Of a stretch of DNA of 64,000 bases, positions 59,933-64,000 are shown piece by piece. Numbering within the stretch: position 1 is the first letter of the stretch; each line of letters starts with the position of its first letter. Under the pieces are notes generated by a model, which was not told the DNA's origin, made no database searches, and was given only the letters and a program-made list of their open reading frames with translations. The position numbers were made by a program, and so were the translations under genes. Source of the DNA: Orbicella franksi (taxonomy: Eukaryota); assembly GCA_964199315.1 (NCBI GenBank), contig OZ116698.1, forward strand, positions 24,056,001 through 24,120,000. Direction: 5' to 3'.

Positions 59933-60991
59933 TTATTTACTTGCGTTTGAAATTGCGAACGTGACCGTGTGCGAATTCACTTTTTGTCGGTTTCTTCTGC
60001 GAAAAATGCGTAGGAGTTCCTTGCGGAAATCTCCGTTGTAATACGCATAGATTAACGGATTTCCCAGTGAGCTTGTATATGATGCAAAGTCGACCATGCC
60101 ACTAACCAGCAGCATAACGCCAAACGAAGTCTTGTTTAAAGCACCGTACGATCTCACCATGGCAAAAACCACAGCTGGCCCCAGAGACAGGACATAGCCA
60201 AATACCGTTACAATGAGCATGCGCACTGCTTTAGATTTCGATTTTGCCGCCACTTGGTTCATCATTCCATTGTTGCCTCTGTGACGCAAGAAGATGGCGA
60301 CCTTGGCGTACAACACAGATATGATGGTTAATGGAGCGATAAATGCAAGAAGAAAATACAACGTGGTTGAAGACTGCCCCAGCGAGTTTTGTGGAATGTC
60401 GCAAAGTTTCTTGTTAGCACAGTCCTCGCAGTCCATGCCTTTAGCTTCTGGAATTTCCAAAACTGAAACACCTTTGACGCTTATAATGGAAGGACTTGAC
60501 ACAATGACAGCATACAACCAAACAAGCCAAAGAAGCAAACGAGGCTTTTCCTTTGACTTCAACGCCTTCAAAGGGTGAACAATGCTTTGATATCTGTCGG
60601 TAGCTATGGCAACCAGGCTGACGAATATGGCCGAGGCGGAGGTCTTTGAAAGGAACGCTGTAACTCTGCACTGGAACGTGTTGATTCCTGATGCTGGAAC
60701 TGCAAAGTAGATGGTTAAAGGGAAGACAAGAAGGCGATATACCAGCTCCACCATGGACAAATGCGTAATGAAGAAATTTGAGCTGTTTCTTTTGTAGCGT
60801 TTTCCACGCAGCATAACATAACAAATGGTCGCATTGACGATTACTCCCAACACGATAATGAGCAGGTTTACAGATAGACTGATAGCGAAAACATGCCTCG
60901 CTTCTTTGTATGATCGAATAAGCAATATTGTTGAGCCACCGCCGGAAAATTTGTGGCTCGCATTAGTGCTTGGTGGCTCCTCATCGCCCAT
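59933..60991 (-). CDS. Intronless class A (rhodopsin-like) GPCR, neuropeptide-receptor-like, 352 aa
   Basis: Seven hydrophobic segments; N1.50 (VIVN), C3.25, TDRY, W4.50, P5.50, NPLIY followed by FRKE helix 8. Confidence 0.92.
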   Translation of the reverse strand: MGDEEPPSTNASHKFSGGGSTILLIRSYKEARHVFAISLSVNLLIIVLGVIVNATICYVMLRGKRYKRNSSNFFITHLSMVELVYRLLVFPLTIYFAVPASGINTFQCRVTAFLSKTSASAIFVSLVAIATDRYQSIVHPLKALKSKEKPRLLLWLVWLYAVIVSSPSIISVKGVSVLEIPEAKGMDCEDCANKKLCDIPQNSLGQSSTTLYFLLAFIAPLTIISVLYAKVAIFLRHRGNNGMMNQVAAKSKSKAVRMLIVTVFGYVLSLGPAVVFAMVRSYGALNKTSFGVMLLVSGMVDFASYTSSLGNPLIYAYYNGDFRKELLRIFRRRNRQKVNSHTVTFAISNASK

Positions 60992-62939
60992 TGTGAATAA
61001 TCACTGAAATGCTATCGATTTCTTCTATGACTAGTTCTCTGTTTATTGTAGAGCCATTTAGCTTCCCAAAATGAAGATGCTTGCCAGCTTTTCAGAAAAA
61101 TCGTTCAATCCTCTTGTGGTGTAAGTTTAAGCCTTTCGGTATCTTCTTCACTGGCACTGATTGACCGCACACAAGCTCTTCACTTGGCAATGGATTATCG
61201 TGCTTGTGGGTTGAAATCTGAATTTAGTTGTTTTTTTGTTCGTTGCACATCAGAAGAGCAAACACTATTAGCAAGTCTAATAAATGCTATTAAAAAAGCT
61301 ATTAAAAGGTTTACGCAGTAAATTGAAAAACAAAACTGATAATAAACAAAATTTGGCAAGTCAACAATCCCCAAACACGATGGGCTGTGCTGTTCGGAAC
61401 ATGACTGTATTATAGCCATTTTGTACGTATCTACACACTTCAAGTATAGATCTGAACGTTCGAAATCAGACAGAGTAGTAATAATTGCTGGAACTAAATT
61501 GGCAATAAAAAAAACATCGAGAGTTACTTGGTAGGGAATTTTGAATTGAATTTTGCGTTGGTGACTCCCACAGACTGCGATGTGGCACGTTTTTCACGCT
61601 TCTCCGTAAAGAGTCATTTAAGAGCAGCAGTTGCCTTATTATACAGCGAATAACTGAAATCTTTGTGTTTTCCTTCTCGATTCAGGTTAGGGACATTTTG
61701 CGAGAATTTACGTTTGAACACCTAATAAGTTAGAAATATATTAATGTTAAAAATTGGAACTTAATTACCTAGAAAACTATATTCAAAAAACAAGTTTTTT
61801 TTAGAAGCCTTTTATTTCACAGCTTTATTTTACAGTTTTTAAAAGACAGTTATTTCATATGCTAATGGCATCTAATCTGTTTTGTAAGCAACACTGACTG
61901 CTATTTGAATTAAAAAAAAAATCAATGCAGTTGAACACGACAGAGTTAGGTATAACTGCTCGTTTCAAGTTTAGATTTGCCAGGTTAAGCTTGCTTTAGA
62001 AGTAAACTCAGAATAAACTGGCGAATTATAACTGAACTTCAGGTCTGTCTTATCTTACTCTTTAGCATATATATTATTTCAGTCATGCTTTTAATTAAAA
62101 GGCCGTCATTGCGATCACGGATGCTTAAATAAATTACCCAAAAAAGTAATTCAAAATGCCTCGATGCGTACAAGACATTTTGCCGATAACCAAACAATTT
62201 GCGGGATAAGATCAAGGGATCCAGAACTAGCGCTATGGACAAATGAGAATACACTTCTCTATCCACATTTCGTCTGATAAAAGTCGTTTATGATAATCCA
62301 TGCTCTAACGAATAAATATTAACGCTATTTATTTAGTTGCAAAGATCGCGTTATTAAAGTTTACTTTACAGTTTTAAATTCACAATAGCAGCCAAACTGA
62401 CTAACTTTCTCGACTGGGCACCCTGGCACTTATTAAATTTAAGGTTTTCTGGTGTCGAGCCCCCCAATTGAGCAAATTTTTCATGGGGGCAATTTTATTT
62501 TTAAAGAGAACCTTGGAGTAATTTCAGCTTCTCTTGCTTAGGTCAGTGGGTTTATAGTTTAAATTTCGTGATTCTGTAGGGGGTTTGAAGTAATTTAATT
62601 ATTGGAAGTTGAAGGACTGTCAGAATTGGTTGAGGTTGCCTGTCAGAGCGTAATGCGGCAGCTGGAATAAAATGTAGTTGCATTAATTTTTTTATTACAT
62701 TGCGCACGGAACTGTCCAAATTACATGTTAATTAGAACAAGGGCCAAATTTTAAAAAAAATTGGCCAGTTGCAGCATTAACCAATGATAGTTCGACGTCT
62801 TTGTGGGATTCTGGGATGACAGTGTAATTAAGGTTAAAAGTGTAGTTTTAGAGGGATGGTTTGGCCGGAACTTTAGCCGAAGATTACATTAACGCCTGAT
62901 GAAATCAATTATTATGTTCAAGAGAGGATCCTCTGTTGT

Positions 62940-63315
62940 TCTGTCTGGCCGCCACCTTGTGCATCTCCCACTGCTGCTTCTTTGATGCAAGAAAATAGCA
63001 ATCTTCATGTTAAGCACAAAAATTACGATCGGCGGAACGAGAAACGCATATACAATGTAGATAGTTGTTGAAACTTGAATCACTTTGTTTTGTGGCATAT
63101 CACAAATTCTCATGCACGACAATTTTTGCAGTCCATTCCTTGAGCATCTAAAATGTCGTAGGTAGATATACTTTTCGTGTTTACGAAAGCGGGGATTGAT
63201 ACTTCTGTACCAAACCAGAAAAACGGAATGGCGGGAATGTTTCTCAGTTCAAGGCTTTCATTGGGTAGATGATGTTATGATATCTGTCGGTAGCAATGGC
63301 ATCTAAGCCTTCAAA
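62940..63315 (-). pseudogene. GPCR paralog fragment (TM3-TM5), frameshifted
   Basis: GLDAIATDRYHNIIYP...CDMPQN...STTIYIVYAFLVPPIVIFVLNMKIAIFLHQR. Confidence 0.8.
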
Positions 63316-64000
63316 TGTATTTGTGCTTGAGCTTATGAATGTAACCGTGGATGGTCCTACTTTTCTATCACTTCTCCTACGAAAGAAACGGACGATCTCC
63401 TTTCGGAAGTCTCCATTATAGTATGCATAAATCAAAGGGTTGGCCAAGGAACTTGTGTACATAGCAAGATCTGCCATCCAATTAACCAGAAACATAACGT
63501 CAAACGATGAATTTTTGAGAGCGCCATAAGACCTCAACATGGCGAGAACAGCAGCGGGGCCTAGGGACAGGGTATATCCAAATACAGTGATAACGAGCAT
63601 GCGCACCGCTTTGGATTCTGATCTTGCCGCCATTTTGTGCATCATTCCACTGTTGCTTCTGTGATGTAAGAGGAGGGCTACTTTGGTGTCCAGCGCAAAT
63701 ATAATGGCCAGTGGAAGTGCGAACGCAACGAGGTCAAAGAAAGAGGTTGAACTCTGACCAAGAGAATTTTGCGGAATGTCGCAAAGTTTCTTGTCGGCGC
63801 AATCCTCGCAGTCCTCCAAGCCTTGAGCCTCGGGAATTTCCAAAACTGAAATGCTGTACACGCTAAAAACAGAAGGACCGACATAATGGCAGCATACGAC
63901 CAGACCACAAAAACAAGTAAAACAGGCTTTCTTTCTGCCTCAAAGTCTTCAAAGGGCGAGCAATGTTTTGGTATCTGTCAGCAGCTATGGCAACTAAACT
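63316..64000 (-). pseudogene. GPCR paralog (TM3-C-tail; 5' part outside window), frameshifted and lacking its own stop
   Basis: SLVAIAADRYQN (63960-64000), two frame changes around TM4, then TM5-TM7 with NPLIYAYYNGDFRKE closely matching 59933-60991. Confidence 0.8.

Noticed and set aside
60294-60824. ORFs overlapping the intact GPCR (antisense or alternative frame); likewise those overlapping exon 8 and the PLE ORF
   Set aside because: Shadow ORFs of real coding sequence with no independent motifs.

Overview
AT-rich eukaryotic genomic DNA with spliceosomal introns. The repeat families and gene types point to an anthozoan cnidarian, probably a stony coral (inference). From left to right: (1) 1-~12.4 kb is a decayed Polinton/Maverick (adintovirus-like) element with a putative core protein, fused protease/phospholipase-A2 remnants, integrase-chromodomain and protein-primed PolB. 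It is interrupted by a 7-bp-TSD DNA transposon, a 2.1-kb TTAA-flanked foldback palindrome and a Penelope-like retroelement carrying two hammerhead ribozymes. (2) The first two exons of a minus-strand lipid-transfer (vitellogenin/MTP N-domain) gene lie head-to-head with (3). (3) A 10-exon plus-strand gene (17581-46762) whose exons join in one frame to about 2752 aa: signal peptide, Arg8/Pro-rich tip, TSP1, EGF, cbEGF, Cys-rich repeats, a disintegrin-like motif and about 20 FN3-like repeats, with no transmembrane segment. Its introns hold MITEs, a Helentron relic, a palindromic SINE, a ribozyme hairpin and a 9-bp-TSD element carrying a captured GPCR fragment. (4) The last four exons (TSP1 x3 plus PLAC) of a minus-strand ADAMTS/ADAMTS-like gene. 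(5) A minus-strand class A GPCR cluster with one intact gene and three pseudogene pieces. Two copies of a non-autonomous Helentron carry a degenerate 2A-like peptide. All calls come from reading the sequence by eye; no database searches were run.
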